Made by a program: the position numbers and the translations under genes | The notes under the pieces: generated by a model | Database searches by the model: none | The model's input: the letters and a program-made list of their open reading frames with translations, nothing else | Told to the model about the DNA's origin: nothing | Shown here: piece by piece, positions 25,854-40,551 of the stretch | Position numbering within the stretch: position 1 is the first letter of the stretch | Layout of the letters: each line of letters begins with the position of its first letter | Source: Lytechinus pictus | Lineage: Eukaryota | Assembly: GCF_037042905.1 (NCBI RefSeq) | Contig: NC_087252.1 | Coordinates: 11,844,001-11,904,000, forward strand | Direction of reading: 5' to 3' | DNA length: 60,000 nucleotides

Positions 25854-26901
25854 TTAGTAAGCGCGCTTCAGTTGCCAGGTGTACAGAACATATTACATGT
25901 AATAGAGACATTTTTAAGGACAGTGCCATTAAACGGACAACTCACTGATCAAATAATGTGAGTGCGAAGCGCGAGCTGAACATTTTTGACATTCAGACCT
26001 AAAAGGGACTTTATAAGCAATTTTTTGTAATCGTGATACGTACCCGTCTCGTAAAACAAACTATACGAGCGCGAAGCGCCAGCTGAAATTTGTTTATAAT
26101 TTTTTGTATACATTGACCCCAAACAGGGGTATATTAAAGACTAGTTTTAAGGAATCCATTAAGAGTATGCGTATCTCACCATAGTCATCTGATGAGAGTG
26201 CCAAGCGTTTGCTGATTTTGTTAGAATCACGTCTAAACAGACGAAGTACTTTTTGTAGTCATTGTAATCATGATTATCATACGCATTTCACTAATTAAAT
26301 ATTGCGAGCGCGAAGCGCGAGCTGAAACTTTAGGAAATTTAAAATTGAAGAGGGGATTTCTAAGGCTTGTTTGTAGGAATTCACTAAGACCAAACGTATT
26401 TCACTAACCAGCTGAAAGTTTTTAATATTTAGATCAGAAAAAGGGTCATTTTAAGGACTGATTTTAGGAATTTATGAAGAGCAGACATATCCTCACCAAT
26501 CCACTAATGCGAACGCAAGCACGGACAGGAAATGAAGAAGAAGCATACACAGTAAAAACGCTGTACAAGATATCGCTGTATAAGAGGTGCTGTATAATTT
26601 TTTGAACAGCACATGTTTAAGCTTAGATAAATATCTGTATAAAACACGGCGAATGGACCTGTTTTAGGTCCATAGACAAAAGGCTTGTACCAGAGTTGTA
26701 CTGAAGATCGGTACATGACGTAAAGCGCACGCGTACGCGTGCGCAGTGGTCGGAAGCATAGACAAATAAATACGTATAGACGGAAAGGTAGCACCCGCGG
26801 AAAAGCCTCATTTAAATAACATTTGCATATAACGTACAGATACTCCATAGAAGCTCCATGGTGATAAGCGTATTTTGTACCACTTTTGGCCACACCTCCT
26901 G

Positions 26902-29900
26902 GGAGACATTTGAACCGAATCCTAAGCCCCCATTTGCATATTGCTAATGAATCATTTATTTTTTCTTTGCGTATTCGCAAGATCCTGTGATTTGATTGGA
27001 CATTACCTCATGAATAATGAATTTTTCTATTGAAATTCGTACGTCATAATTTGACCCCTATCGTCACTTCGGCTTAATCAAGGGCTGAAAGGTGACGTCA
27101 CCCGCACAGAAGAAGGTTATTTCCTTGAAATATTTTCGGTGAGTACTGTCAGATTAACGCTGAATTCTAATTCATTTACAAAAATAAATCAAAAGATCTT
27201 ATGTTATATGGGATCTTTAGATGTCTGGGTATAACGTGAATTAATTTTTGTTTATAAAAAGTGAACAATTAGGAAGCAAACGACTTGCGAAAACTCAAAA
27301 CTATTTCCATCGTCGTGAGCTAAAAATGGTGGCTATAAAGCCTATATTACTTGATGTAAATCTCCATCTGCTACCATTTGAGACCTCGTATATTCAATTC
27401 ACGCCAGACTTTCGGGCGAGAGTTTCTCTGAAATTTCGATTCCTACCGAAGATCTCAGCAGGCATGAAATGAACTAGAATCTAGATAACGTTTAGGCTAC
27501 ACATATTGAGTTTAGAAAGACATTCACTCCATTAACCCGTCCCTTTGAATTCACATATCAAGACAATAGGACCGTAGCCTCTAGAGTAGATCTAGAGTCT
27601 AGTCCTCGATCATTTTGTAAAAAAAAGATGTTTTTCCCAAACTTATTTCTACTAATAATACGGTACTACACTAGTTCTTATGTTTCCTTTTATTTTTTTA
27701 AACTTGAAAGTTGGGCCTACCGCCTTGATCTAGATCTAGACCAAGTCTAAGTTAATCTAACTTAGAGTTAGACGTAGGGCCTACCCCGGGGTCTGAACGT
27801 CGCCACTTCGGACAGCCTCGGACTCGGCAACATAGATCTAGAGAGTAGAGGGGAGTAGACTAGAGATCTAGTCTAAGTTGGGCCTAATTCATCGGTAGAT
27901 CTGATTACAGGTCTTGGCTAAAGCTAAAAGAAAACATTTCTACCTCCCAGCCTATCTAGCTTAGGCTAGGTCTAACTTGTTATAGACCTAGACTAGACTT
28001 GGATCTAGGCCTACAACAAAGTCAAAGCGACCTGTAGAATCTATATAGGCCCTAGGCTTAGTATTATTTCAGTCAGGGTCTTAAGTTAAGGCCAAAGGGT
28101 TTATTTAATTTTGGAGGTTAGCTTTTGTTTGGCCTAACGTGCAGATTTTCCATCGGAGCACTTGTCATCAGAGCAAATGTCATGAAACTATTTTAAAGAC
28201 ACGTCTAGGTCAAGACAGCTTTAGTCTAGATCTAACACTTGTATGATTCAATAAATTGAAAGTTCGCAGAATAGTAGGTTTAACAAATATGAAATTTAGA
28301 TCTAGGCCTACTTTTGATGTAGATCTAGATCTACTTACATTTAGTTCCAGATCTATGTACGTCAGAGTCTATGACTAGATCTAGATATATACGCTATGGT
28401 CCAAGTGTTATTATTATTTTTTTTTTACAATAGCTTGTATTGCTAACATTTCTGTCTGTGTATTGTTTTAATCAACAGACATAGAACATGATGCTGCTTC
28501 ACATCCTCTTTTAAAGACTCAAGAATTACAAGACCAAATTAAGCTGCAGGACCCTCCTGATTCAAAAAGGTAAAAAAACCAATAATCATCCTATATATCA
28601 AACTGAATGACTTCATGTATTTACATACCAAACGACTTTATCCAAGAATGATTCCAGATGTCGATGATTTCATAATCCTACAATGGTTATATTAAAACCC
28701 ATTTCAAATTTCAATAGCCATGTTCAATAATTTACAAGATAATTGTTTAGTAAATTCTTTTTAGTGTCAATACACAAATTAATTTCTTTGAAATTTTGCT
28801 AACTCATAGATTTTGACATCATTGGCATCTGGAGTCATTAATTTTAGCCATGCCTTATTTTGGTGCAAATCAAAATCTACATCTCTGCAAAGAATACATA
28901 CTGACTATCCAACCATGAATATGATATCAAATTAATTTGGGAGAATATACTCTTTCTAGTGGTATATAATATGCGTTCATGACATATTTTTACCTTAAAT
29001 TGGGGTTTTGTGAGGTGTCCCTTTTTTTTTTTTGGGGGGGGGGGGGGCTCACACGGTAGACCAAGATCTAAGTTTTATTGAGTAAATGAAAAAAAATCAG
29101 CTCAGAGACTAGGCTGGAGTCGTTTTGACAGGCTCCATTTTCATTTTCACCTGTCATATTTTCACGGGACAATTAATATCACCTACCGGTAGATCTAGCT
29201 TGTCAAAATTAAATAAGAAAATCAGAATATACTATACTATAGGCTAAGCAAGTGGAAAGTCATTTTGTAATCAATTTATTTGCTTCCTACCCACTCATGA
29301 ATTCTTCAATCCACACCAGATTTTGTAAAGGCGACTCATTCGGCTTGTGATTTCATTAAGCTTTTATATTTTTTTTAATTTCTTTTTATTTTGATGATGG
29401 CTTGATTGAATTGCTAACATTTCTGTCTTTTTGTGTGTGTTTTTTTTCAACAGACATGGAACATGACTCTGCTTCACATCCTTTGTTTTAGAGACTCAAG
29501 AAATACAAGACCAAATTAAGGGTTTGTTTTTTTAATTCCAATAACAATTTTCTGGTGGAAGAATTAGGGAATAATGCATTGACAATATGCCAAACATCCT
29601 ATATCAAACTGAATTACTGCATGTATTTACAATAGAGTATTGTAACCGCTTCCCCCTCACCACTGACCAAACAAAACCCACAAACAATTTTAGAGGGATA
29701 GGGTTATTTTAGGGGTAATTATCCTTGCTGATTGTAGCAGTAGTTTTTACAAATATGGATGTAGTTAATGATGATGTTTATGATAATAATACTTAGAATA
29801 ATAAATTCATTACGATGACATAACAGTAATGATGAATAAATATGATAATTCAGCACTATAATATGTACATGAAATTGTGTAACAATTTTGGCAATGAAGA

Positions 29901-32163
29901 ATTTTTAACAAAAATAATGATCAATGAATTCGGGGGGGGGGGGGGGGGGCATGTGACATTGCATCTGTGTTTGTGAGGACAGTAGTCTCTTTCACACCAT
30001 TTCATCTTAAGCAGATGGGAACGAGCTCTGATCAAAATTTGATCTTTAAACTCAAGAGGAAAATAATTGTTACCTGATTTATGTATTTGGAATAAAATGA
30101 ATTGAAATAATAATTTTGTCATTGTCACTGAATTAACAAGTCTTCTATAATTCTTTTAGCTGAGAGTTTAGGTGAATCAAGATATTTGAGGAGACACTGA
30201 AAGTACTAGTAGAATTAATGGACAAGCAATAGTGAACAAGCAGCATAAATTTAAGAGTAATGAGACCTACATTTTGCAGCCATGGATCAAGGTTGGAGGG
30301 GGTGGTAGTTGCAGGTTTTCTCTGTAAAAATCACCCCCATTAAAAAACATAACAAATAATATATAAAGATATTTTCAAAAAAATGAATAAATTTGAAAAT
30401 AAAATAGAAAACAATCCTTTTGAGAACCAGGACCTTTAAGGTGGAGGGCAAAAGACCCCCCCCCCCTTAAAGAATTTTTGATCCATGGCTGTTATGTAGA
30501 TGTGATAGAGAATTTCTAAATATATATTTTTTTTAATTGAGAAAGATACATGGGTGATTTCAAGTTTGCTGTTGAACTTTTGGTGTGGCGTCTTACAAGT
30601 TTTACATCATCATCACAGCACCAAAATTACAATCAAATTGATTCATAGATTCATCTCACTTGATGTTGAGCTATTAATGTGATTTTGATTATTTTTATAA
30701 ACTCACATTAGGTTTTGGAGGAAGGAAGAACTAAATTGTGCTACGAATCACCCAGTGTATTTTCTTTTTTTAATGAATTGCGAGAAGAGCTGAGAGGTGG
30801 AAAATATAAGAGAAAGAGTTGTGTGTGTGGTTTAATAATGAGAGTGCGATATGGCAAAGAGAGAGCTAAAGAGAGATTAAAAGAATAGATAATGTATTAT
30901 AATGATAATGTGAAGGGGCATAGGGTGCACAAGAGAGTGGACAGAGCCAATTGACAATTTACCCACAAGGAGAAACCATAAAGGGCCATTTTATTCTTTA
31001 TTTATTTTGAGAGGAGGCGGGGATAAATGAGGGAGAAACAATTTATAAAGAGTGGGGAAGAGGAATAAGATGAATAGAGATGACTTTTAAAGACAAAAAT
31101 TAGGCCAATCAGAGTGTGTGTGTGGGGGGGGGGGGCAAAGCCGATCAGTGCGCCCCCCCCCCCAATTTGAGAGGCTCAATTAAAAATTGTAATGTAAAGT
31201 GTGTCCCCCTTCTGAAAGTGAAGACCCCCCCTTTTTTTTGCTTTTCAAATTTTTCCTTGAGAAAATGTGCCCCCCTTTGGAAAAATCCTAGATCCGCCCT
31301 GCCTGAAACTGATGAAGTTTGGTAATGACATGTCACTTATCTGTGCTCTTAAAAATAGTGAACACAAAGAAATTAGATTACCCCCCCCCCCCCTGCAAAA
31401 AAAGAATTAAATGATCATTATCAATAATTGGAAAGGCTTAGCGTAAAAAACACACTATTAATTAATTACAGAAAATAAATAGGTTATAATTAAATCCAAT
31501 CCTATTTTCTAAAGAAATTTTGGATTCAGAATTTGTTTTTACTATATCATTACCAACATACACTGCGATGTGAAACATGCCTCTAGTGATTCTGATCTGG
31601 AGAACAGCAGAGAAAGGTCGTATTTTTTTTAAATGAAAGAACCAAATTACAAAACCAGTAAGTGAAACGTTCAAACTGAAATACATTGTTATTATTTATA
31701 TTGGCGTATTGTTATTGTGAAATAAACTAGTTCGTAAATATATTCCCCTTTCATTTACACCGATGTTAAAAAGAAGATAAAAACAGGCTGATTCACCCCC
31801 CCCCCCCATCTCCAGGTTAAACAAGATTAAGAAAAGTGTCAGGCTGTGGTGCTAGTGTACGTTGCATGTAAACTGCATTCTAATTCTATGCACGGATTGA
31901 AAAACGATGCATGCATGATGACTCATTGTAGTGAAGAACGCTGATTGGTCAATAGTAGTAAGAAGTAGATTAATCACGTGATGAATATATTAAATTTCAT
32001 GAATAATTAACGCAAAGTTGACCTCGCTCAATGCGCATGCGTGACGCTGATCTCCACTTTCTGCTTCGTCATATAAAGAGTCTATTGGGATGTGTGGAGC
32101 AGCGAACTGATGAATTATTCATGCATATGCAAATGGGGGCTTAGGATTTGCCCAAATGTCTCC
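26902..32163. mobile_element. Nested segment bounded by ~40-bp inverted repeats containing the octamer ATTTGCAT
   Basis: GGAGACATTTG..AATCCTAAGCCCCCATTTGCATAT at 26902 and its reverse complement ending at 32163; no TSD seen. Confidence 0.55.
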
Positions 32164-34585
32164 GACAAAATGGCGGAGCTTCGGGGGCCTGGTCGGAAGA
32201 TGGCGTTGAGTCTGATCGACTCGGAGACCGCTGCAGTGCACTGGAAAATCTTGTTTAATCTCCCTTTTAGAAAATGGAAGATTTGGGGGTGACAAACCTG
32301 CTTCAGGAATGTTCATGAATAATCTCAACTGTCAATGCACATTATGAAAGATTTCTGCCCAAATGAGACAGAAAATCGTGTACAACTCCTGAACGCACAC
32401 ACAGGCCACGGAGTGACCCTGAATGCTAACAGCTGACTGTGTAACAACTTGGGGAGTGATACATTTTTATAATAGGGGTGATCAAACTCACGGGGGGGGG
32501 GGGCTTTAATTAACTTATAACAAAGAAATGTTAACTACAGTACTCATGTTGAATGCTCTGATGAAAATTATATGAGTTTCACATTCATTGAACGAGAGGA
32601 CAAAATTATATACATCCAGTGCGTGAATCATACTACCGTTGCGACCCCTGCACGGCTGATGGTTTAGGCATGACGATCCTGAGTGACGTCACCGATAGAG
32701 ACCTAAAGTGCTAGGAGAGCCGATTTGACAACTAACTTCATCTGAAAAACACGTATTGAAGATAACATCCAATGGGGAAATGGCTTTCATTTTCGGGAAA
32801 TATGCATTCCTTTCTTCAATAAATCTTTCACCCCGTCGTTAAAAGCCCATTCATTCTCGAGCAATGGGGAAATGGATACAGAGTGTCTCAAATTTTGTGT
32901 GAAAAAGGTGCATTTTCCATACAACTTCTGCCAAAAAGCAATGCGTAAGGGAAAGATTAGCCCCAAAACACGAATAGATGGGTTAATCAAATGGGATGAA
33001 TCATAAAAATCAATGAAATATAGTTTCTCCTCTTCTCATTACTGAACGCCCCGACTTGATACGATTAATTTTTCCCCCTCTCCACCAACTTTTAAGAAAA
33101 AGGGTGCATATTTCCATATCGACGGACGCCCGTGCGTACGAGCAGGAGGAAGCCAAATGTCTCGTATTTTTCATAATGTGTTACCATTGTTGCAGTGCTT
33201 TTATTGTGTGTGCATGTACATGTGTTACTCTATATGATGGTGGTCCCCCAGTCTGTGCACCTAACGATTTGAGTTAGGATTTAATATGAAATTCTATTTA
33301 TTTCACAAAATCTTTCAGTTGATAATGTTCCTTGTATCATTATAAGTTAGTGTGCCAAATATCTCATAAAAATGTGAAAAATATATGATTTTCTTGGAAA
33401 AACCTCGGGCAGTCATTTTGAGATTGAAAAAAAAATGGTGCCCCATGTCTGCGCACCCATTCACTTTGCACGTGACTCGGAGATTTTGATGAGAAAGGCT
33501 GCATTTTGAGGCCGTTACAAGAATTGCCCAAATTTCATTATTTTTCCACCATTAATGTGAGTCGGATTTCGCAATAAATATCTGTCTATGACTATGCATT
33601 AGATGTGTAAAGTTTGTGTTTGTTGCCTATCTTCTTTTACTAGAATCGCGCAGATACGCGTGTGCGCAGACTATGGTACCTCGAGCGAAGTTCGTGCAGG
33701 CTCCACTCCACTTCATTACCACTACACTACGCTCCACCTACCCGAACCTCGAGACCGTGAACTCGATCTGATATTCTGAGTGACAAAAGGTGGGATTTTA
33801 TGGGGGGAAAATAAAAGATTCATGCAACACCACAATATTTAAAAATAATCAAATCTTATTCTCTCACTATACACAAAGTTTCACTTCTTTCCATGCTTCT
33901 ATCAGTCTAAAAATTGGTGATTGAAATTAGAGCCAACATGAATTATGATGAAGTTCCTCACACATAAATAATTCGCTGCAGATTTCAAAACATCGCGTGC
34001 GGATGCGATATGCGCGAGGTACCGGGTCAGGTACAAGCTCGGACCGGGCCGGCCTCAAGCGCATTATATTGCCTATGTGTAATGTAGGCCTGGCTAGATC
34101 TAGGTCTAGCCAACTTTATTCAATTTTGTACATCTACATATGTGTATATTAAACCCCATTAAAATCTAGGTCTAGGTCCAAACCTAGATCTAAATCCTGG
34201 CCTAGCTAGGCCAATAGTCCTTTATTATAGGTCAGCCTAATCTATAGCCTAGACCTAGCGAGGACAGGCCTACATGCAAATAATAACAGATCTAACAACG
34301 TTACAATGTAGCTCCAGGAGGGGGGGGGGGGAATTCTTGCTATGAGTTATTGCAGATGTACAGTTTGTGAATGATCAGAAACTAATTTTGAATCCGAGAT
34401 ACAGGAATTACTGTAGGTTGACTTCATGTAAATTCCACACTGTGCACAAGGGATTTTTTTGAGAATTTGTACAATTTATCCACTTATTCCATCAGTTCTC
34501 TATAGAATAGTCAGATAACTTGTGTAATAATGAATGTTGATATTCTTGATCTTTGATTCATTTTTATCACCGTTTAATGTTGCAG

Positions 34586-37130
34586 AAGATGAGCACGAAG
34601 AAGACACCTACTGGATGCAACATAACTCATCACCTGACAACATTATTGTTAATGGGACGAACCTCGGTACCGATATATGAGTGGACTAGAGGAAACCCGC
34701 GACCAAGCACAGCATAAACTCTTGACAAATATCTACAGCTTTTGGGAATGGTAAAATAACTTGATTACTACAATAGTACAGTGGATTCGCATTATGAAAA
34801 AACTCATTTTAAATTCAATTGTTCGAAGTTGAACAAAGCATTTTTTGGTTATGAATTTCCAAAATTAATCTCTTTCTTGCTTGAGAATATAGTGCAAGAC
34901 TATAGGATCACTTGTTCTGCCCGGCGACGATGGCGTTGAAATTCAGTTGCATCTTAGTTGTCATAATTCTATGATTAGTGGAAAAGTTGTTCTGAAATCC
35001 GATTTGAAAGATTAAGTTGGGATGTGTCTTCTTTCCATGAATGTCAATCTTGGGCCTTGGAGGGGGATATTAATTCCCCCACCTATCTCCCCCCCCCCTG
35101 ATTTAGGATTTTTTTTTTCATTCTCTTTTTTGTAATCTGCAACATTTGGCAATCAATGTGTATTGGCAATTCAGAACTTGCTATTGAGTATAAGTTGGGA
35201 TTCACTTTTATTAGCTGTTAAGTGGTTCGTGACAAGGTGAAGAATCCCCATCGATTGCGCAGCCATGAAGTTATAGTTACAGTTTGGAAAGCATATCGTA
35301 GTTGATCTCAGTCAAGCATTGTACCTGCACATTTGCAATGTACATGTATGCCTGTAGTTCAATGCATACATGGACAGTTTAGCAAATACTAAGTATTGTT
35401 TCTCCAGTGGTTAATTACTCCAATAGTGATCAATATTAGAACAATGTGATAAATGGTTAGAAATTGAAAGGTCAATGTCAAAGCTCACTAGACTGTACTT
35501 GATTTGTGCAGAGGGTGCATGTGACCTGGGGTTTTGTTACAAACATTGATGAGTTTTAATTCTTTTGATTTAATGAGCACTATTTAGCACGACTTTAATG
35601 ACAATGTGATGTATGAAAACATTGTATGCTGGTAATTGTATTATGTGTAATGCAGTTTATATATAAATACTTATTTCATTTTCAGATTGATCAAGACTTT
35701 GATTTAGCAATTGATGATGCAGCTCATGGTGCCCTTTTCACGATGTGGCCAAAGTTGTCCGGGCAGATTATAGAATTTGCGGAGAAGATTAATCCAGGCT
35801 ATAGAAAGATCCCAGGGACTGGAGTGGACCAGAAAATGTCGCAGAGTAAGTTTTAGTCTTATACTCAATTCAAACTTACAGTAGCAGTGCGAAGACTTTT
35901 ACAAAGCTGCATCAATTAGCATTTAAACTGCAAAAGAGGACATTTCCTCTTCAGGTGAAAGAATAACAATGCTTACAATTTAAAGTGAAATCAGTGTTCT
36001 TATGTACACAAAATCCTGTCCAACATAATTGTAATAGTTGATGGACCTCATCGAAACAAGCAAATGATGTTCTACAGTAACATACACCAATTCAGAGTAA
36101 TGATTTCTGATGAAGAAGTAACACAGACCCCTATTTTGTTTTACTGTCGTGTTGCACAAGCCGTTAACGAGAGATAATTGACTCTCAACATAATACCAGC
36201 TGAACACTGTGCACAGCATTATTCACCATTATTGTGTAGCAGTAATGCATTGCAGGAATTTCAAATGGGAACACTGACAAAACTTGAATAACTTTGTACT
36301 CTTTTGATCAAACTTGGAGGGAAGCATGGTTATATGCAAATTTATTTCACATTTTACCAAACATGAGGGTCACCTCATGGGTCAAGGTGATGATGAGCAT
36401 GGGTCAAAGTTAAGCCTTTTAGGGCAAGTTTTGTATTACGGCTCATAACTTTTGATCCATGTACAGTGCATGCCCATTTTTTTTTTATTTACCAAACGTG
36501 GATGGTAGATGTCCCGGGGGGGGGGGGGTGAAGGTCACCTCCAGGTCAACTGTTACAGCAGAGGTTGAAGAACTTTCGGAGCTCAATGTTAAGTTTTTGG
36601 TTTGTTTGTTTAAATTTCTATTATCACTGATAACTTGTTATTAATCTAAGAGGGATGATGTTCTTCAGAGATTTGAAGGTCACCTCCAGTTCCAAGCTTA
36701 AGGTCACAGGCAGGGGTCAACAAGCATTTTGAATATAAAATGATTTTGTTGTATATTAATGGGTGATACACATTTTGGCTAAAATTACCTTGGTGAATCC
36801 CTTTATCACCTTCAATTCTTATAATTTCTCAATTATATACTTGTACCCATTGTACTTGTAAGCTTGAATCTCACTTGCAGGCAAACACATTTAGTTTGAA
36901 AATGCTGAAATTCCCTCCTCGCCTTCATCCTTCTTTCCTATTTTCTTTGCTCCCATTCTTATTTTGTTTTCCCTTCCTTCACCGGTCACTTCTTCGCTAA
37001 AACCATATTTTCATTTGTACAGGTCAACAATAAAATTTGGCTTTCAGTGTACTTCCTGTGATTTTGATCGGCAGAACGCAAGGGGAGAGAGGCGAATGTT
37101 CCGTACTTCACAGTCAGACCGCAGGTCCCT
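34586..37130 (+). pseudogene. Relic exons of the CACTA accessory (ORF2-like) gene
   Basis: AG..GT exons at 34586-34750 (YWMQHNSSP, with stop), 35686-35846 (IDQDFDL..LFTMWPKLSGQIIEFA) and 37024 onward (LAFSVLPVIL); resemblance to animal EnSpm ORF2 recalled, not searched. Confidence 0.55.
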
Positions 37131-39262
37131 GTGCTAATGAGCAAAAAGGCCAGATTCATCCAAATCATCTCGTGGCTGAATCCTCCTCCTTGCAAAATCT
37201 CGTGATTCGTGAGATGTTCTTTCTCTAAGAATATACCTGTTTTAACATTTTTGTCAAATTGCATTTTTTATGACAGTTGGCTAATTTGAAGAGTTGTTTG
37301 AATAATTTCACCTTTTGGTGCAGGAGAACAGTTCTCTTTGTTATTATCTTTGTTGTAAGAACTATAAGTCCAGTACACACCATCTTTCCAGATTTCATGC
37401 AAACACAAGAAAGAATCTTCAAAGGCATGTCTGAAACATTTGGATGACAATCTTTATTGCAATAGGAGATTGTGATTGAACCCAAATATCTCTGCCAAGG
37501 CTTTTATTCCAATTTGTTGTGCCAGGATAAATTTGACTCATTTCGATACTTTCTCAATGCTAATTATGAATGTTCCATCGTTGATTTTATTTAAATATTC
37601 AGCAACTGAACATTTGCTCAATGCATTAAAACTGAATGATCTTTTGTACCATAACTGGATACCACCCTCTTATTTTTCATCCATTGCACACTTATTTCAC
37701 TTTGGCCTGCGGTAATGCTGACCTTGGGTCTGTAATAGGACATATATTTCATATGTGCTTTGCTCATATTGTATTCAGTGGCTAAAAATATATTTAATGT
37801 TTATGAGTCTTGTTATTTGCAATGTTTCATGAAAATGTTTTAAAGACAAATTTTTTGTCTAAAGTTATCATGCCAATATTCAATGTAATTTTCATTTATT
37901 CATGTATCAAATAGCTAATTGAAATATGAAAAAATGTTAATTCTTCACTGTTGCAAGTTATTTATCAGAGTACTTATGAAATATAATGCCTTGATTGAGA
38001 TTTTCTGCATATTGAAGATCACTGCAAGGATCCCCATCTTTTTAGGATAACGTTAATCTTCTGCATTTGTGAAAGCACACAGGTGTCTGATTTTCTTGTG
38101 AAAAGAGGGGGGGGGGGGAATAGATTAAATTACTGTTACTGAAACAAGGGATAATAATTTTAAAAATATATATTGATAACAAGAGGGCAGCAATACATCA
38201 ATGATAAGTTATGGACATTTCTTCATATATTTTGTACACATTTCAAAATTTTCTACTTTTCCCCGTGCAGGATTGAATCTACTCGTCCGTGTTCCTATAT
38301 AGTATGTCAGAGTCTTCCACAGTGTTACATAGTGTTTTTAAGTGATACCTTATAAGAAAGATTGGGGAGTATTGCCTCCTATATATGTAATGTAAAACAT
38401 GCATACTGTGCAGGTGTGAAATGCAAGAATAAATATCTTGAATGAAACCGAAAGCATAACAGTTTTATTTGATTGTCAGTTACACTTGTCGAACATTTAT
38501 TTTGTTATTGAATGTGGGATGATTGAATTTGTCTTCTAATGTACATATCCTTTGCCTCCTTCCTCTTCTTTGCCTTTTTCTTCTTTGCCTCCTCCTTCTT
38601 CTTCTTTTATATAATCATTTTTGAATAGTTTTTTTTATACAACCATAGTTTATACAGTTGCACAAAATTTAATCAGAATTGCATAACAATCTTTTTATAA
38701 CCCGCTGTATAAAACCAAGTTTTAAACATAATTTGTATAGAAAATGTATACAACCTTCTGTTTAAACTTTAAACAACCGAGGGTTGTATAATTTTCAAAC
38801 AACAGTTGTAAGGTTCATATAGTAAACATTGGTTGTATAAAAATTTTTACAGGTTGTATAATTTTGTTTTTACTGTGATATGTCACTACATAAAACAATA
38901 ATAACTCGAAGTGCAAGGAACTATATTTGGTGTATAATGACTTGAAAACGGGAGGTTTTAGTGTAACAGGATTATATTTCTCGTTAAATAGACAATGCGA
39001 GCATCAGGAACAATGAAGACGTAGGCCCTGAGCAAATTATGTTTTATAAAGTTATAAAAAAAGTTTCTTATGCAATATAACATTACATAATCATAATATA
39101 ATATAAGTTATAATGAACAATAATTTCTTATTTTCACTACATTCCTCTTCCTTTCTCCCTCTTTTTCTCTTTTCCCCGTTTTTTGGCCAGCCAATGGGGG
39201 AGGGGGGCACGTGCCCTCCATGCCCCTCCCGTAGTTACGCCACTAAAAATACAAATGGTTAC

Positions 39263-39490
39263 CTTCCATATCGTCTGGTTTACTACACAACCCTCTCCCA
39301 TAGGTCACCACAACTACGTCATTATCCGGGTCAATGCTGATCTCTGTCCCGGGGTAAATGCACTTTGATTCATCCAGGAAAACACAACTCTCTAAGGAGG
39401 TCTTGAAAACAAAGCAGACTTCACCCAACGACTGATTTGCTTTTGATAATTGAAGCACTTGTCCCTCCTTGACTCGAGTAACGCTTACGC
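39263..39490 (-). CDS. Gene C membrane-proximal 4-cysteine domain exon
   Basis: Poly-T plus TAG acceptor, GTAACC donor, 228 nt open; VCFVF..SCVF..KCIYPG..GLCSKP. Confidence 0.8.
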
Positions 39491-40551
39491 CTATCAAAAA
39501 AAAAGAAAAAGAATAAATGAAAAAAAATGAATAAATTATATTAACTGTACCTCACAATGCAACCTGATTACTGTACATTTCTAAACATAACCTGTGTTAT
39601 TGAGATATAAAATATTGGTTTACATTTCCTTTGGAAAACTGAAAGAGACAATAATGGAAGAAAGGTGTCTGAGTGTCTGAGCGACATTTACAAAGAAAAA
39701 CATGAATAAGATCTTACCCTTGACAGAAATATGATTGAGTTGTAATGTTAAAGGGTTTTCAATAAAAGAGGGAACACAATCTTTTGTCTGTATGCCCCTA
39801 ACTACATGAAAGAAATAACCTCCGTATAAAAAGGCACACTGTTTACTGCAATAAATGCAATACGATACGTGAAGATGTTTATTAATTTATATATTCGTCA
39901 TCGTTTTACTCTCCTTGTGAAATCATGAATATTCTTTTTTTATCAAGAAAGAAGATAATCATCAAGGATTATAGAAATGCCTAAATTATTACTATTGCTT
40001 AAAGGCATTGTTCTAAATAAATGTAAATCTATTATCTAATTTAAAGTGTTCTTCATTATTCAAATATTCAATTAAACAATACAATTATTACTTCTGCAAA
40101 AGTCATTGTTTTTTATTGAAATCTTTGCTTTATTTTTCTTCTTTAAAGTGTTTTTCATTATTCAAATATTTAAAATATTCAATTACACAATACAGTCATT
40201 ACTACTGCAAGAGACCTTAATTTTAATTAAGATTTTGGTTTTATTTCATACTTTTCACGTATTTAAACAAACAAGTATTACAACTGCCAAAGGCTTTATT
40301 TTAATCAAAGGTTAGTTTATCGTCTACTTTAAAGTGTTTTATTTTTATTAGCCAAATATTAAACAAAAAATCAATTTGTTTTTTTTACTTTCTTTAATAC
40401 AGACTAGCAGGGTTTTCCAAATTATCATTGTGGATGGATTTGCAAGTACCGACTTTTACCAATACATATACATATATGCTTAGAAAGGGAATGCTTTAAT
40501 GGGAGAAGAAAAAGGGGGAAAAATGTAATTAATTTGAAGCCTTATTCTTAC

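Larger units (their letters stand above)
26548..38877 (+). mobile_element. 12.3-kb CACTA/EnSpm (CMC) element, degenerate
   Basis: TIRs CACAGTAAAAAC / GTTTTTACTGTG, 3-bp TSD ATA, subterminal (C/T)TGTATAA repeats at both ends, plus-strand ORF2-like exon relics. Confidence 0.85.
25403..39244. mobile_element. AGTGGCGTAAC-TIR element with GCGCGAAGCGCGAGCTGAA repeats, hosting nested insertions
   Basis: AGTGGCGTAAC at 25403 and GTTACGCCACT ending at 39244; repeats at 25960-26520; no clean TSD. Confidence 0.65.

Noticed and set aside
26548..26559. CACAGTAAAAAC resembling a V(D)J RSS heptamer plus nonamer or a Transib end
   Set aside because: No spacer, not adjacent to a V exon, and a 3-bp TSD with subterminal repeats indicates CACTA; the V exons have ordinary splice donors and no RSS was seen
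37130..37700. Minus-strand protein-like fragments (CFRHAFEDSFLCLHEIW)
   Set aside because: Interrupted by stops; possibly an old LINE 3' remnant, but too degraded to call
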